Positions 1-31,958 of a stretch of DNA of 64,000 bases are shown in pieces (positions within the stretch are counted from its first letter, which is position 1; the number at the start of each line of letters is the position of its first letter). The position numbers were made by a program, and so were the translations under genes. Source of the stretch: the human T2T-CHM13v2.0 reference genome, Homo sapiens; NCBI RefSeq assembly GCF_009914755.1, contig NC_060926.1; one strand, written 5' to 3'. The notes beneath the pieces were generated by a model, which was not told the DNA's origin, searched no databases, and saw only the letters and a list, made by a program, of their open reading frames with translations.

Positions 1-67
1 AAGATGGTTGCACAATATTGTAAATTAATGCCACTAAATTGTACATTTAAAAATGGTCAAAATAGCT

Positions 68-361
68 GTCTGGGCGCGGTGGCTCACGCCTGTAATTCCA
101 GCACTTGGGGAGGCCAAGGCGGGCGGATCACGAGGTCAGGAGATCAAGACCATCCTGGCTAACACGGTGAAACCCCATCTCTGCTAAAAATACAAAAAAT
201 TACCCGGGCGCTGTGGCGTGTGCCTGTAGTCTCAGCTACTTGGGAGGCTGAGGCAGGAGAATGGCGTGAACCCTGCAGACGGAGCTTGCACTGAGTGGAG
301 ATCACATCACTGCACTCCAGCCTGGGCAACAGAGTGAGACTCCGTCTCAAAAAAAAAAAAA
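68..361 (+). mobile_element. Alu (AluY-like)
   Basis: Full dimer, gatcacgaggtcaggagatc...ggctaacacggtg diagnostics, poly-A tail, ggtcaaaat on both flanks. Confidence 0.92.
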
Positions 362-784
362 GGGTCAAAATGGAAAAATTTGTGGTGTATATATTTTACT
401 ACAATTTTTTAAAATGTTAAGAAAAAAGCATCAAAACCCCAAATGGCATATACTTTCATACCCACTATAATGGCTAAAATAGAAAAGATAGACAATAACA
501 AGTGCTGACGGGGATGTGAAGTGGAACCCCTAAACATTGATGATGGGATTGTAAAATGCTTCAGCTATTTCAAAAAACAGTTTGGAAGTTCCTTAAAATG
601 GTAAGCATAGAGTTGCATACGACCCAGGAATTCCACTCCTTGATATGTAGTTCCCCCAAAATGAAAACATTTATCTGCACAAAGACTTGTACATGAATAT
701 TCACAGTCACATTATTTATGATAGCCAAAAAATGGAAACAACCAAATATCCATCAGCTGATGAATGGATAAGCAAAATGTGTTG

Positions 785-1080
785 CAGCCATCTCTCAGTA
801 GCCTCAGAGGATTGGTCCCAGGACCCCCATGAATACCAAAACCACAGATACCAAAGTCTCTTATATAAAATGGCATAGTATTTGCATATGACCTATGCAC
901 ATCCTCCTATATACTTTAAATCATCTCTAGATTACATATAATACTGAATACAATATAAATGCTATATAAATAGTTGTTATACTGTATTTCTTAATTTGTA
1001 TTATTTTTTATTGTTATGGGGTTTTAAAGTGTAGTTTTGATCTGCAGTTGGTTGAATCTGCAGATGCAAAGTGCTGACTG
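785..1080 (+). mobile_element. MER2 (TcMar-Tigger MITE)
   Basis: ggattggtcccaggacccc...tatataaaatggcatagtatttgcatat...ggttgaatctgcagatgc matches the recalled MER2 consensus. Confidence 0.75.
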
Positions 1081-1125
1081 TATGTGTACAATGGAATAAT
1101 ATTCAGCCATGAAAAGGAATGAAGT

Positions 1126-1202
1126 CTTAAAGGGAGAAACATACAGTACGGCATTTTGTATATATTAAAAACATTAAAGGCTAAAAAGTTTTGAATTTTA
1201 AA
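1126..1202 (+). pseudogene. Tiny 5'-truncated retrocopy of an unidentified polyadenylated RNA 3' end
   Basis: 14-bp duplication AAAAGGAATGAAGT (1112-1125, 1203-1216), ATTAAA at 1173-1178, A-run about 21 nt downstream. Confidence 0.5.
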
Positions 1203-1643
1203 AAAAGGAATGAAGTACTGATTCATACTACACCATGGATAAGCCTTGAAAACATAATAGAAGCCAGACACAAAATGCCACTTATTATATTATTTCATTT
1301 TAATGAAATATCCAGAATAGGCAAATCCTGTGAAACAGAAATTAGGTTGGTTGTTGCTTAGGGCTGGGGGAAGGAGAGAATGGGAAGTGACTGCTAATTG
1401 GTTCAAGGTTTCTTTTTGGGATGCTGAAATGTTCTGAAATTTAGTGGTAATGGTTGCAGAATTTTGTGAATATACTAGAAACTACTGAATTTTTAAGAGT
1501 AAATTTTAGTTGTATCAATTATATCTTAAAAGTCAAAAAGTAGCCCATTAATTTTATATCAATTACCTGCTGAAATGGTATTATTTTGGATATAGTGGGT
1601 CAAACTACAATATTAAAATTAATTTCACCTCTTTCACGTTACC

Positions 1644-1956
<313 letters not shown>

Positions 1957-2004
1957 TCACGTTATCCCCTTTTTAATGTATCTCTTAGAAAGTTAATTAA
2001 TTAA

Positions 2005-2295
2005 TTTTTTGAGACGAAATCTTACCCTGTTATCCAGGCTGGAATGCAGTGGCCTGATCTTGGCTTACCTCCCTTGACCTCCTGTGCTCAAGCAATCCTC
2101 CTGCCTCAGCCTTCTTGGTAGCTGGGACTACAATCATAGTGCCACCATGTCTGGCTAATTTTTCAAATTTTTTGTAGAGATAGGGGCATTTCCCTGTGTT
2201 GCCTAGGCTGGTCTTGAACTCCTGGACTCAAGTGATCTTCCCACTTTGGCCTCCCAAAGTGCTGGAATTACAGGCGTGAGCCACCACATTGGGCC
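2005..2295 (-). mobile_element. Alu (AluJ-like)
   Basis: Diverged antisense dimer. Confidence 0.85.
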
Positions 2296-2332
2296 TAGAA
2301 AATTTAAAATTAAATATATGGCTTGCATTATA

Positions 2333-2927
<595 letters not shown>

Positions 2928-3931
2928 TCATGGTATACCCAAATGACAAATATGAGAAATACAGTTACTTGGGATATTTGCTTTTGACCAACTCATCTGT
3001 GGTCATATATCTGGAGAAAGGTAGTTTTTTTCAATAAATATTGCTCATGGTACTGTTTTTGGCAAGGAGTCCACTAATCAGAAATTCCTGTGGATATATT
3101 GTTAGAAAAATACTTCTTTTTTATTAGGTAATTTTTTAGTGCCACGGCACTAAGCCATATTTAGTAGTTACTAAACCGTATTTCTAAGTGACAGCTTCAG
3201 TCTCAAACTTGAAAAATAACCTAATTACTGGGTAGAGTCTTTGAGCTACAGTCATTGTTACTCCTTCCTCTAGTTGTTTTTTCCTTCTGGTTGACTCCCT
3301 GGTTTGTTTCTAGACTGCTTTCCCCTTGATGTTGCTCCCTGTCTGCCCTCAGGAGGACTGGATGAGGACAATTACTTTGCAGTTTTATTTTTCCTTTAAT
3401 AAATTTACTGAGTTGCCATGAGACAGTGTTTCATTGTTTCTTTTTTTCATTGTTTCTGATAAATGGAACAGAATAAGTCAGATTTATTAAAATATAAGGA
3501 AACTTTGATATTTCATGTTAAAATTCAAAGGTGATCTGGGAGAAAGTTCTTTAGAGGGCTGCTAGATTGATAATAGAGTGCTAGGGACATAATAAGGAAT
3601 ATTGTTTAGGATATAAGAAGGCATCCCTGGAGATACCAGAGATAAATCAGGATTCTTCTTGTCTGTAATTGTTGTTTTCTTGTAGGTACGATGTTGGGAA
3701 TAAAAATGGGAGACTGGTTTATGTATCATCTAGAATTGTGATATGGTTCAAGGGGATAATAAACCTTACTTATTAATATAACATTATATTTTACAAGCAT
3801 TCGGAAATTGTAAGGAACTTTTTTCTTAGAACATGCTCATGTCTTTGGAATAAGGTATACCCATATAATGAATATATCTAACTTAAGAGAGAGCTCTTTG
3901 TTGATGCATTTCTATATTCTTTCTTTTGTAG

Positions 3932-4011
3932 TGTCCTGCTATAGACTATACTAGACACACACTTGATGGTGCTGCATGTCTTCTGAATAGCAATAAATAT
4001 TTTCCCAGCAG
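3932..4011 (+). CDS. MOB4: MOB4 (phocein) internal coding exon, CPAIDYTRHTLDGAACLLNSNKYFPS(R)
   Basis: ttttgtAG acceptor, AG|GTAATC donor, 80 bp, phase 0 to 2, joins the next exon in frame; peptide matches recalled MOB4. Confidence 0.96.
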
Positions 4012-4075
4012 GTAATCGAAACTTTTAAACATAGTGTTAAACATTTTAGAGTTAATTTATAAGATTGGTATTTTA

Positions 4076-4235
4076 GGGGGGAGGGGGGAGGGATAGTATT
4101 AGGAGCTATACCTAATGCTAAATGATGAGTTAATGGGTGCAGCACACCAACATGGCACATGTATACATATGTTACAAACCTGCACGTTGTGCACATGTAC
4201 CCTAAAACTTAAAGTATAAATAATAATAAAATAAA
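4076..4235 (+). mobile_element. L1PA 3'-end fragment (about 160 bp)
   Basis: L1 3'UTR end (atacctaatgctaaatg...aaaacttaaagtataa); TSD aagattg/agtatttta. Confidence 0.9.
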
Positions 4236-4514
4236 AGATTAGTATTTTAAAAGTAAAATTAGGTTGCTCGTTAATGCATTTTTGTATTTTTTTTTTTAGC
4301 TGTTGTATTTTGGCTTGTTTATTCAAGTTTTGAAATTAGGACTGTGGTTAAACAGCAGAACTTGGCTGTCAAAGCTCAAGGCCAGTTCAGTCTAAGGCTA
4401 GTACCTGTTCATATATGTCATTCTGCAGAGCTCTCCCTCTCATGCTTTAGAGTTGGGATATGTATATACTTGCTCACTTGAATCTCTATGTTAGTTAGAC
4501 TCGACCTCCCTTTA

Positions 4515-4876
<362 letters not shown>

Positions 4877-5065
4877 TCATTGATTTTTAAGATCTGAGAA
4901 GTCTGTACATGTAATATATTATCGGTGAAGTTTGTGACTGCCTTTTATTTTATTAAGGTATTTGTTACCAGGTGGATAGATTTGGAGATTTCCCCCACCA
5001 AATATGATTAGCTTCAAAGAGCTCATATAAAATATGTTAAGAAAAATACTGACTTTTGACCTTAA

Positions 5066-5447
<382 letters not shown>

Positions 5448-5682
5448 TAATTTCTAAAAAAAAAAAAAAAAAAAAGAAAAGAAAAGGAAAGAATAACCTA
5501 GTTCTGTAAAATAAAACAATAATTCCTTTCAGGAGTTTTCAATCGCCTCTAGTGGACAATGTATTAATGTTGGAAATAGATGTTTTAGTAAATTTTGAAA
5601 TGTCAGGGATTTATTCTAACTGCATTAAACTTTTACAAAGTTTCAAAACTATAATGCTGAATTTAAGTTAGGCCCTGTGATT

Positions 5683-5851
5683 AGGTAGAAAGAACACTGG
5701 CCTAGAACTGAGGAGCAGGGGCTCCAGGCATTTACTCGCAGTGTGACCTTGGAGTAGTCGCTTATTTTCCCTAGGTGTCAGTTTCTACACTTGTAAGCGA
5801 GAAATTGGACTATATTGTTCCTAAGATTCTATCCAGTTCTAAGAATCTATG
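5683..5851 (+). mobile_element. MIR
   Basis: gtgtgaccttgg...tcagtttctacacttgtaa core and ccagttctaagaatctatg 3' end. Confidence 0.65.
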
Positions 5852-5870
5852 GTTTCTTTTCTACTTCTAG

Positions 5871-5982
5871 GGTTAGCATAAAGGAATCATCTGTAGCGAA
5901 ACTAGGATCAGTATGCCGTAGGATTTACAGAATATTTTCACATGCTTATTTTCATCATCGGCAGATATTTGATGAATATGAA
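5871..5982 (+). CDS. MOB4: MOB4 penultimate coding exon, (R)[37 protein letters not shown]
   Basis: cttctAG acceptor, AA|GTAAGT donor, 112 bp, in frame with both neighbours. Confidence 0.97.
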
Positions 5983-6110
5983 GTAAGTATATTTCACTGA
6001 TTATCTTGATGCATTCTTATCAGTGTAACAGTAATATATATTGATGTTATTTCTAGTCTTTTAGTTTGGGATAGTGAATTAAAATAACATTTTTGTCTTC
6101 CTCTCTACAG

Positions 6111-6242
6111 AATGAAACATTTTTGTGTCATCGGTTTACTAAGTTTGTGATGAAATACAATTTGATGTCCAAGGATAACCTGATTGTACCAATTTTAGAA
6201 GAGGAAGTACAGAATTCAGTTTCTGGGGAAAGTGAAGCATGA
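6111..6242 (+). CDS. MOB4: MOB4 last coding exon, [43 protein letters not shown]
   Basis: ctctctacAG acceptor after a 128-bp intron; TGA at 6240-6242; recognised MOB4 C-terminus. Confidence 0.97.
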   Translation, partial: NETFLCHRFTKFVMKYNLMSKDNLIVPILEEEVQNSVSGESEA

Positions 6243-6482
6243 AGGGAATCATAGGAAAAATGTACTGATCATATAATTAACATTATGTACTGTATATATC
6301 ATTTTAGACACATCAATCATGTATCCATATTATAGCTTCTTTGTTTAGTATAGGTTTTTGTATGCTGGGTTTGCCTTTTAAAATGGGAAATACTTTTTAA
6401 GTTATTCATAAGCTGTATATTCACCAGTGTGGCACTCATGGTTTTTAAATAAGATTAGTATTATCTGTTTATAATGCCTGTT

Positions 6483-6488
6483 AATAAA
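6483..6488 (+). terminator. Proximal poly(A) signal AATAAA for MOB4
   Basis: Canonical hexamer 240 nt after the stop codon. Confidence 0.55.
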
Positions 6489-8752
6489 AGAATTTACAGT
6501 TTGGTAAAATTGCTGCTAAACAATCATTGGATCACAATCCTCATCAGACAAACCCATCTGTAAAAAAAATGAGGGAGAGCTTGAGGTTTCACACAAGCCA
6601 TTTACTAAAGAGGTAGAAATGTTTTCTATTGGTTTTACCTTGAGTTTAGATATCCTAAAAAATTCTGTAGTACGTAGTTTTGTCTTACCTGTTAACTTTC
6701 CCCAATTGAGATAAAAGTGTTTTAAAATTCTGTTTATAGTTTTTGATATGCATATATAATTATGTGTATATCTAAATACAAATGCAAATGAAGCATTAGT
6801 AATACTTAAATAATTTTACTGTGCTACATAAAGTATAACATACTTGGAAAGGATTTACCGTTCTGCAACAACGGACTGGTACATACAGGATGATCACAAT
6901 GGTAAGGCACATAAATTATTTTCCCACTGGAAACCTGCCCTGTCCACCCCTTCTCATTTCCCTTAACCTTATCTTCAAACTACTTTAGCTGAGAAGCTTT
7001 TCACCAGACTGAGTTAGTGGTGGCTTATACCTATTTATATTTGTATTAATTGCTTACAGATTATACCTCATATTAGCAATTACATTACACTACAAGAAAA
7101 TGTATTTGCATAGGCTCTTGCTTATCTTTGTTTTGCAAAATTGTTCTACTTAGAAAACAGTCCTTAAAATAGTTTGACTCTTCCTGTTAGTAATATATTA
7201 ATCTTTCATTTAACCAGCTAGGCAGCATTAAATAGAATTGAAGAAATACCATAGTATTTATTTTACACCCCCTCTCCCACGAAGTTTATGTTTGGATTAC
7301 ATGCACGTGTGAGATTATTTGCAATAATTCATAGGTTCCAAGGGTGTTGATGAATAGTCATACATTTTTTTGGACTTTGTTATAATTCATTGTGGTAAGA
7401 ATGATTGAAATGCAGATTTAACAATCTTATAATCTATTGAATGCCATTTTTGATAAAGCACTGGAGGTCTTATTGCCAAACTGATTGTAATGAGGCAGTA
7501 AGGGTGAAAACATTGTACATGTTGTGAAGAAAGTATTTAAATCCAACTTTTGAACAGATTTAACAAACATGAGGAACTTTTTTATTTAGAAGGATAATTT
7601 TGAAATGAAGATGAAAATGTATTCATCTTAATTGTTTTTTCAAATTTAAGGGAATAATTTATACCATCTTTTCAGACAAGAATGTACAGCAAAAATAAGG
7701 GGAACAGTAGTATACTGAGAGTGTGTGTATGTATAATGTATGCCTTTCCAAGCTTGCCAGTCTTTTTGGCTTTGAACACTGCCCATCAGCTACAGTCATT
7801 ACTGTTCCCCAACCCACAACTATCTTTTAAGAAGTCTTAGTTCACAGTGAAAGGAATGATGACTTTGAAATTATGGATTTATATTAATGGCACTATAAAC
7901 CAATGGTAATGGTAATTTTTAAACTTGCTAAATATTGAGAAACTAAACTACTAAGTTAATAAATTATATATAGCAGTGTAGCTGTTCTCTCTAGATGGTG
8001 TCTCACAATGGATTTCTGTTGCTTGACTATTTTCTTAGTGAATATTTATACTAAGGTAGTGACTGAGATTTGGTGATCTGGCTGAGTATTTTGAAACACA
8101 TTTTGAATAATATGGCTTAGTGTTAACGGGGACTTAAATATGATTTTTTTTTCTTACTCATTTCACCTTCCCTGTACTGTATGTTTGGAATTGATCATAA
8201 AACATCTCCAAAAGAAAATAATCAGTTTGTAGTCTTGCTTTTGTATTCATGTTGATAATCTTACTAATTGTGAAGTTGATTCACTACTATACTAGGTAAG
8301 ACCTAAGTGAAACAGTTCCTGTTTTTCCTTAATACTGTTTTCAGAATTTTGAAAATGTACTTATATATACATAAATACTACTAAAAAATTAATGAGCCTG
8401 GCAAACCATTGATTTATAAAAGTAAGTGTTCTAAGAGGGGAACAAGACAGTTCTGTGTGATAAGGAAGTTAGGCTCCACTTTTTGTTTGAATTACCCTAT
8501 GTATATCCGAAGGTAAACTTAGGCTTTTCTTTCCAAAAGATCGTATAGTCAATTCATTCTTTTTCTCCTATCACATCTGGGAAAGTAGCTAACTTTTAAC
8601 TATTTATGTTCCCATAAGTAACCCTTCTTTTGTGTGTATACATTTCCTTTTCTCTGACTTGAGATGTCAAATTTGGATTTCTAGAACAGTTTCTCAGTTA
8701 AATTCTTGATGACTTAACAACTTTTACTATCAGAATACAATTAGAAATCCTT

Positions 8753-9054
<302 letters not shown>

Positions 9055-9279
9055 TTAGTAAGGACTGTGTTACGATTATAAACACATTTATTGGTTGATG
9101 TCAAATTCACTGTAATAGTAGAACTAAGTTTTTTATGTGAGTACTTTGCCCTACTGTCTATATGATGACATCTTTTTTGAGCAGCTAAATTTTAAATTGT
9201 ATATACTTTATTTTGTGAATCCTTGTTGAATGTGCTAAAGGTTTCTTTGTGTAGTTCTTCCATGCTATGCGAATATTTT

Positions 9280-9285
9280 AGTAAA
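9280..9285 (+). terminator. Candidate distal poly(A) signal AGTAAA for MOB4
   Basis: Variant hexamer with U-rich flanks just before the downstream Alu cluster. Confidence 0.35.
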
Positions 9286-9338
9286 AGTAGTTGATTTTTA
9301 TTTCTTCAAGCATCTCATTGTTAACAGACAATACATAT

Positions 9339-11574
<2,236 letters not shown>

Positions 11575-12052
11575 AATATTTTTGGTTTTCCTTAGCATCA
11601 ATGTCTACAAGAAAATGCTAGGTTTCTTTTAAAAAATGCCTTATTCCTTGTTTTAAAAGTAAGAGATTAAATCAAGAATAACAGGATTCAGTAATCCCCC
11701 ACTTCTCTCAGAGATAGATTGAGGGGAGTTGATAAAGGAACAAGGGAACTCCAGAGATGAGGAAATAATAGTGGGTATAGTCATTATGGTAATAGCAAAT
11801 GAGATACCCCTTCACCCAATTCCATAATATCAGTAGGGTCTTTTTGACTTCTGAGAATAAGTCCCTAGTTACCTGCCCTGAAAGATGTCATTATGTTTTT
11901 AAAACCAGATATGTATACATAGATAAATCATATGCTTGCCTTGATTTTGGTAAAATTTAAACCACTTTTTAAATCTTTGGTGCATTTTAAAAACATTTTA
12001 TGAAACAGATGCAGACCTTGGATTCTGATTGTTGAGATACCATGTCAGTAAT

Positions 12053-12497
12053 TGTATTAGTTTCCTATGGCTGTTATAGTAAACCACAAATTTAGTAGAT
12101 TAAAACAATATAAACGTATCCTGTCACACTTCCTGAGTTCAGAGCTCAAAATCAGCTTTACTGGGCCAAAATACAATTCCTGGTTCCTTCTAGAGGCTCC
12201 AGGGAAGAATTCTTTCCTTGCTTCTTTTAGCTTCTGGTGGCTGCCAGCATTCTTTGCCAGCATAATAATTCAAGTCCCTACTTCCATCATCACATTGCTT
12301 TTCCTTCTGTGATGGTATTTCCTTCTGACTTCCTCTTACAAGGACACTTGTGATTACATCATTGGGCCCACTTGGGTAATCTCCCAATCTCAAAATCCTT
12401 AAGTACTTTTGCAAAGTCCCTTTTGCCATGCAAAGTAACATACAAGTTCCAGGGATTAGGATGTGGACATTTTAGGGGCCTTTATTCAGTCTACACA
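12053..12497 (-). mobile_element. MLT1 (MaLR, MLT1D/E-like) solo LTR
   Basis: tgtattagtttcctatggctg...gggattaggatgtggacat...attcagtctacaca; 5-bp flanks gtaat/gcaat. Confidence 0.75.
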
Positions 12498-12516
12498 GCA
12501 ATCCTCTCAAATTCAC

Positions 12517-13108
<592 letters not shown>

Positions 13109-13334
13109 TTACATTGTTAATCTCATAGTTCATGCTATGGACTTAATTTTTACTCTATAGTGGGACTTTTTATTTCCTGCCTGTTATCCACTTCGTGTCT
13201 CCCAAACACATAGGCATCATTTAAGTCTCTGAAAAACTGAATTTGGGATCATTTTCTGCAGGTTACCATTTGCTACATCCTCCTTGTATTGATCCATTTG
13301 TATATAACTAAGTTCTTGGTATAATCTTTAAAAA

Positions 13335-15395
<2,061 letters not shown>

Positions 15396-15559
15396 ATGTG
15401 ATCTCTTAGTTGATGCATAAAACCACATTGCTGATGTGGTTCAGCGATGTTGCTTGCCAGTTTATGAAAGACAGAGTTCAGGAGAGATGGAAGTAAATGA
15501 GGTGGAAGAATGTTTTCCAAGTCTTTTTGTACATCGAAAAACAAAAGAGAGAGTTTAAA

Positions 15560-15675
15560 ACTACAGATTCTTGGACTCCACCTTGGAAACTGCTTTGAGA
15601 ATGGGAGGACCTGATTCCGGGTTTTTAAAGTTTCCCAGGTGACTCTGATACGCTGCTAGTTCTGGAAATCACTGG
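15560..15675. mobile_element. MER5-like hAT fragment
   Basis: ttttaaagtttcccaggtgactctgat...gaaatcactgg. Confidence 0.45.
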
Positions 15676-16150
15676 AAAATTTAGGATATGAAGTTAAGTT
15701 TCATTTTAGCCAGATCCTATAATCCATCCCAACAGTAAATGATGAGATTCTCTAGTTAGACCCAAAAGTGCTTCTTGGGGCCAGAGTTTAACATTGTAGT
15801 CATTGTCTGAGTTGTGGGAGTAGGTTAGAGTTTGGGAGCTGCGTGAAATCTTTTCATGGACGAGAATATTCGGTATAGCAGCATATGGTACACTAAATAG
15901 TAGGGATGTTTGGGGACTTCTAAAACCCCTGATTTACTCCCAGGGCATATCTTAATCACTACTGTGATTTTGGTTGATTATAAAACAGCCCGTTCTCCTG
16001 TTTACAATTCTAAATTGAAAATAGGCCAGTCGTCAACTGGCTAAAATCCCATCTGCCTTTAGCTTTCACTAGCTAATTTATAAGTATGCCAGAAACTTCA
16101 CAATGTACCCATTCTTTCCCAGGGATTCCTACACTAACCCGATGATTTCT

Positions 16151-16766
<616 letters not shown>

Positions 16767-17036
16767 AACCTGATGATTTCTTAAATTGGATCCAAATGTG
16801 CTTCTTTAGTCAGAATTGCACATTGCAATTGTTATCACTTGGTCCTTCTCTTATGCATCAAGTGATTTAATATAAAATATGAAATTTCAAATCATTACCC
16901 AGCAAAAATTCAGTCTGTTAATCTAGATCCAGTTGAGTGACTAAATCAAGAAATTGTGAACTTAGTGCAGTGCCATTCTATTTCATGAATGTAATATATT
17001 TGCGTCTGTCTTGACAGGTAAGTAAATGAAGCACTT

Positions 17037-17863
<827 letters not shown>

Positions 17864-18112
17864 TAATTATTAATAATTAGTCTAATCTTATTATACTGTA
17901 TGAATGTCTCCTAGAGTGAGGCTAGTTAGGTTTGTAGGCTTGTATTTTTGTTAGGTTTTATAAGTAATAGTGGTCTCAGTAAACATATAGCTTTATCCTT
18001 TTAGGCATCTGATATAATTGAGTTAAGAGACAATATATTCCCTTGTTCTGAGCCTCCTTTGAGGTGTTAATATTGGATTTAAAATCATATTTAACTCATT
18101 TATGTTTTAATC

Positions 18113-22721
<4,609 letters not shown>

Positions 22722-22753
22722 TTAAAATTTTGATGAAGTCCAATTCCGGATAT

Positions 22754-23806
<1,053 letters not shown>

Positions 23807-23834
23807 AACTCACCTTGATACTTATACATTTATC

Positions 23835-27613
<3,779 letters not shown>

Positions 27614-27886
27614 TCACATACAAGTGACCTGAGTCACTCCATCTTCCTGATCAAACTGTCCGTCGTCTAATTCCCGGAGGACGTTGTCACTGCTGCTGAA
27701 CCCAGAGAAGCTGTTGTGCTGTGCCAGCCTTCCCTCCTTTGTCCAGCATTCCCGGGAGGGAGAAAGGCGGCACTCCTCAGGCAGGTGTCTGCTCTCTGCA
27801 GGTTGTGACGAGGTTGTGTCTAATCCGATGCTTCTACTAGTGGCTTTATTCTTGTCTTCACCTTTTATGTGGCGGCTGGCTTTCTT
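27614..27886 (-). CDS. RFTN2: RFTN2 (raftlin-2) last coding exon, KKASRHIKGEDK...DDGQFDQEDGVTQVTCM*
   Basis: ttgtgtttcAG acceptor at 27888-27887, phase 0, 90 codons plus TGA; splices in frame to 51621-51699; recalled RFTN2 C-terminus and MOB4-RFTN2 gene order. Confidence 0.9.
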   Translation of the reverse strand, partial: KKASRHIKGEDKNKATSRSIGLDTTSSQPAESRHLPEECRLSPSRECWTKEGRLAQHNSFSGFSSSDNVLRELDDGQFDQEDGVTQVTCM

Positions 27887-28340
27887 CTGAAACACAAGAC
27901 ATTGGTGACCAGGAGAGTTAAAAAGATGGGTGTTTCCTGTCCCTCTGGTCTAGCACATGCTGCCTTTCTGCCTCCAGGAATGTCCTTTTCCCCAGCTCTT
28001 CAAAATCCTGCTCATCTTCAACGACCAGCTCAGAGCTACCTCCACATTCCCCTCTCCACCCAAATACAAATGAACTCCCTTCTCCCTGTTTTGTAACTCT
28101 TTGTAGGTTCCTGGCACATCATTCTTGTTGATGGGTATGTTATGTACACATCTCGGCCCTCAGTGACATCTCTAAGGAAGGAAATTTGTTGAAATCATAC
28201 TTTGGGAGAACAAAGCAAGGTATAAATACTAATATGTTTTTCTTCTTAGTGTTAGTTCAGATCTATAGAGCAGAAAAGGTGCTTTGATGGCCACCTTACA
28301 CCCATGTCATGTAGACACAGGCTGCACAGAAGAGTCACAG

Positions 28341-30951
<2,611 letters not shown>

Positions 30952-31219
30952 TGGATAATTCAGACTGAGTTTATTTTGAGCGAGTGTCTAGAATGTCTTC
31001 AAGGGTGAAGTGGACCCTTTCCTTGTCCTGCTGCAAACTGCTTCTGCCTTACACAGTATAAATGCTCAACAATTCAATCCAGCTCATTCAGACTCTCTGA
31101 TCAACTGTGGATGTTTTTGCTAATAAATATTTACTGAGGGCAGAGAATGCTCTTGGTTCAGTCCAGAATAAAGGGGACATGGTCTCTGCCCAGGCAACTT
31201 AAGTCAAAATAAGGTATCT

Positions 31220-31335
31220 AGCTGGGCAAAGTGGCATGAGCCTGTAGTCCCAGCTACTCAGGAGGCTGAAATGGGAGGATTACTTGGGCCTGGGAGTTCA
31301 AGGCCAGCTTAGGCAACATGGCGAGACCTCAGGTC
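31220..31335 (+). mobile_element. FLAM-type Alu monomer
   Basis: Single arm; imperfect TSD aaaataaggtatcta / aaaataagatagcta. Confidence 0.7.
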
Positions 31336-31538
31336 ATATATGTATATAAAATATATTTTTTATATATATAATATATATTCTATATATAATATATTATATA
31401 TATTTTATATACATAATATATATTCTATATATTTTATATACATAATATATATTCTATATATAATATATTATATATATTTTATATACATAATATATTTATA
31501 TATTATATATTATATATAATATATATAATATATATATG
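31336..31538. repeat. AT-rich low-complexity tract / minisatellite with a unit of about 30 bp (tatatattttatatacataatatatattc)
   Basis: About 200 bp almost purely A/T, with three near-copies of the unit. Confidence 0.9.
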
Positions 31539-31640
31539 AAAAAATAAGATAGCTAAGTCAAAAAAGGGAAAGCACAACAAGGAGAATTAGCTGCTTAACT
31601 TGTGATGTTCAGACTCCTGATGAGATTTCATTATAGGAGC

Positions 31641-31958
31641 CTTTTTTTGTTGTTGTTGAGACAGAGTCTTGTTCTGTTGTCTAGGCTGGAGTGCGGTGGT
31701 GCAATCCCAGCACACTGTAGCTTCTGCCTCCCAGGTTCCAGCAATTCTCCTGACTCAGCCTCCTGAGTAGCTGGGACTCCAGGCATGCGCCACCTTGCCA
31801 GCTAATTTTTGTGTTATTAGTAGAGATGGGGTTTCAACATGTTGGCCAGCTGGTCTTGAACTCCTGACCTCAGCATTTTGCCCACCTCTGCCTCCCAAAG
31901 TGCTGGGATTACTGGTGTGAGGCAGTACCACTGTGAGTCAGTGGTGTGGTGTCTGGCC
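31641..31958 (-). mobile_element. Alu (AluSx-like) with a rearranged 5' end
   Basis: Antisense dimer. Confidence 0.85.

Larger units (their letters stand above)
1..1530 (+). mobile_element. Old L1M (L1MB/MC-like) ORF2-end and 3'UTR fragments, interrupted by Alu, MER2 and a small retro-insert
   Basis: L1M-type motifs (gacccaggaattccactcc, ccaaatatccatcagctgatgaatggata, gatggttgcacaatattgtaaat); degenerate ORF 687..878 resembles the ORF2 C-terminus. Confidence 0.7.

Noticed and set aside
5543-5557. CTCF-like motif (minus strand TCCACTAGAGGCGA)
   Set aside because: One G short of the core consensus; cannot be supported without ChIP data.
27684-28096. Plus-strand ORFs overlapping the RFTN2 last exon
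   Set aside because: Short antisense shadows of the coding exon.
31927-31945. 7-bp hairpin accactg-tgagt-cagtggt with an AP-1 site in an Alu 5' end
   Set aside because: Too short to distinguish from chance, although the Alu end is locally rearranged.
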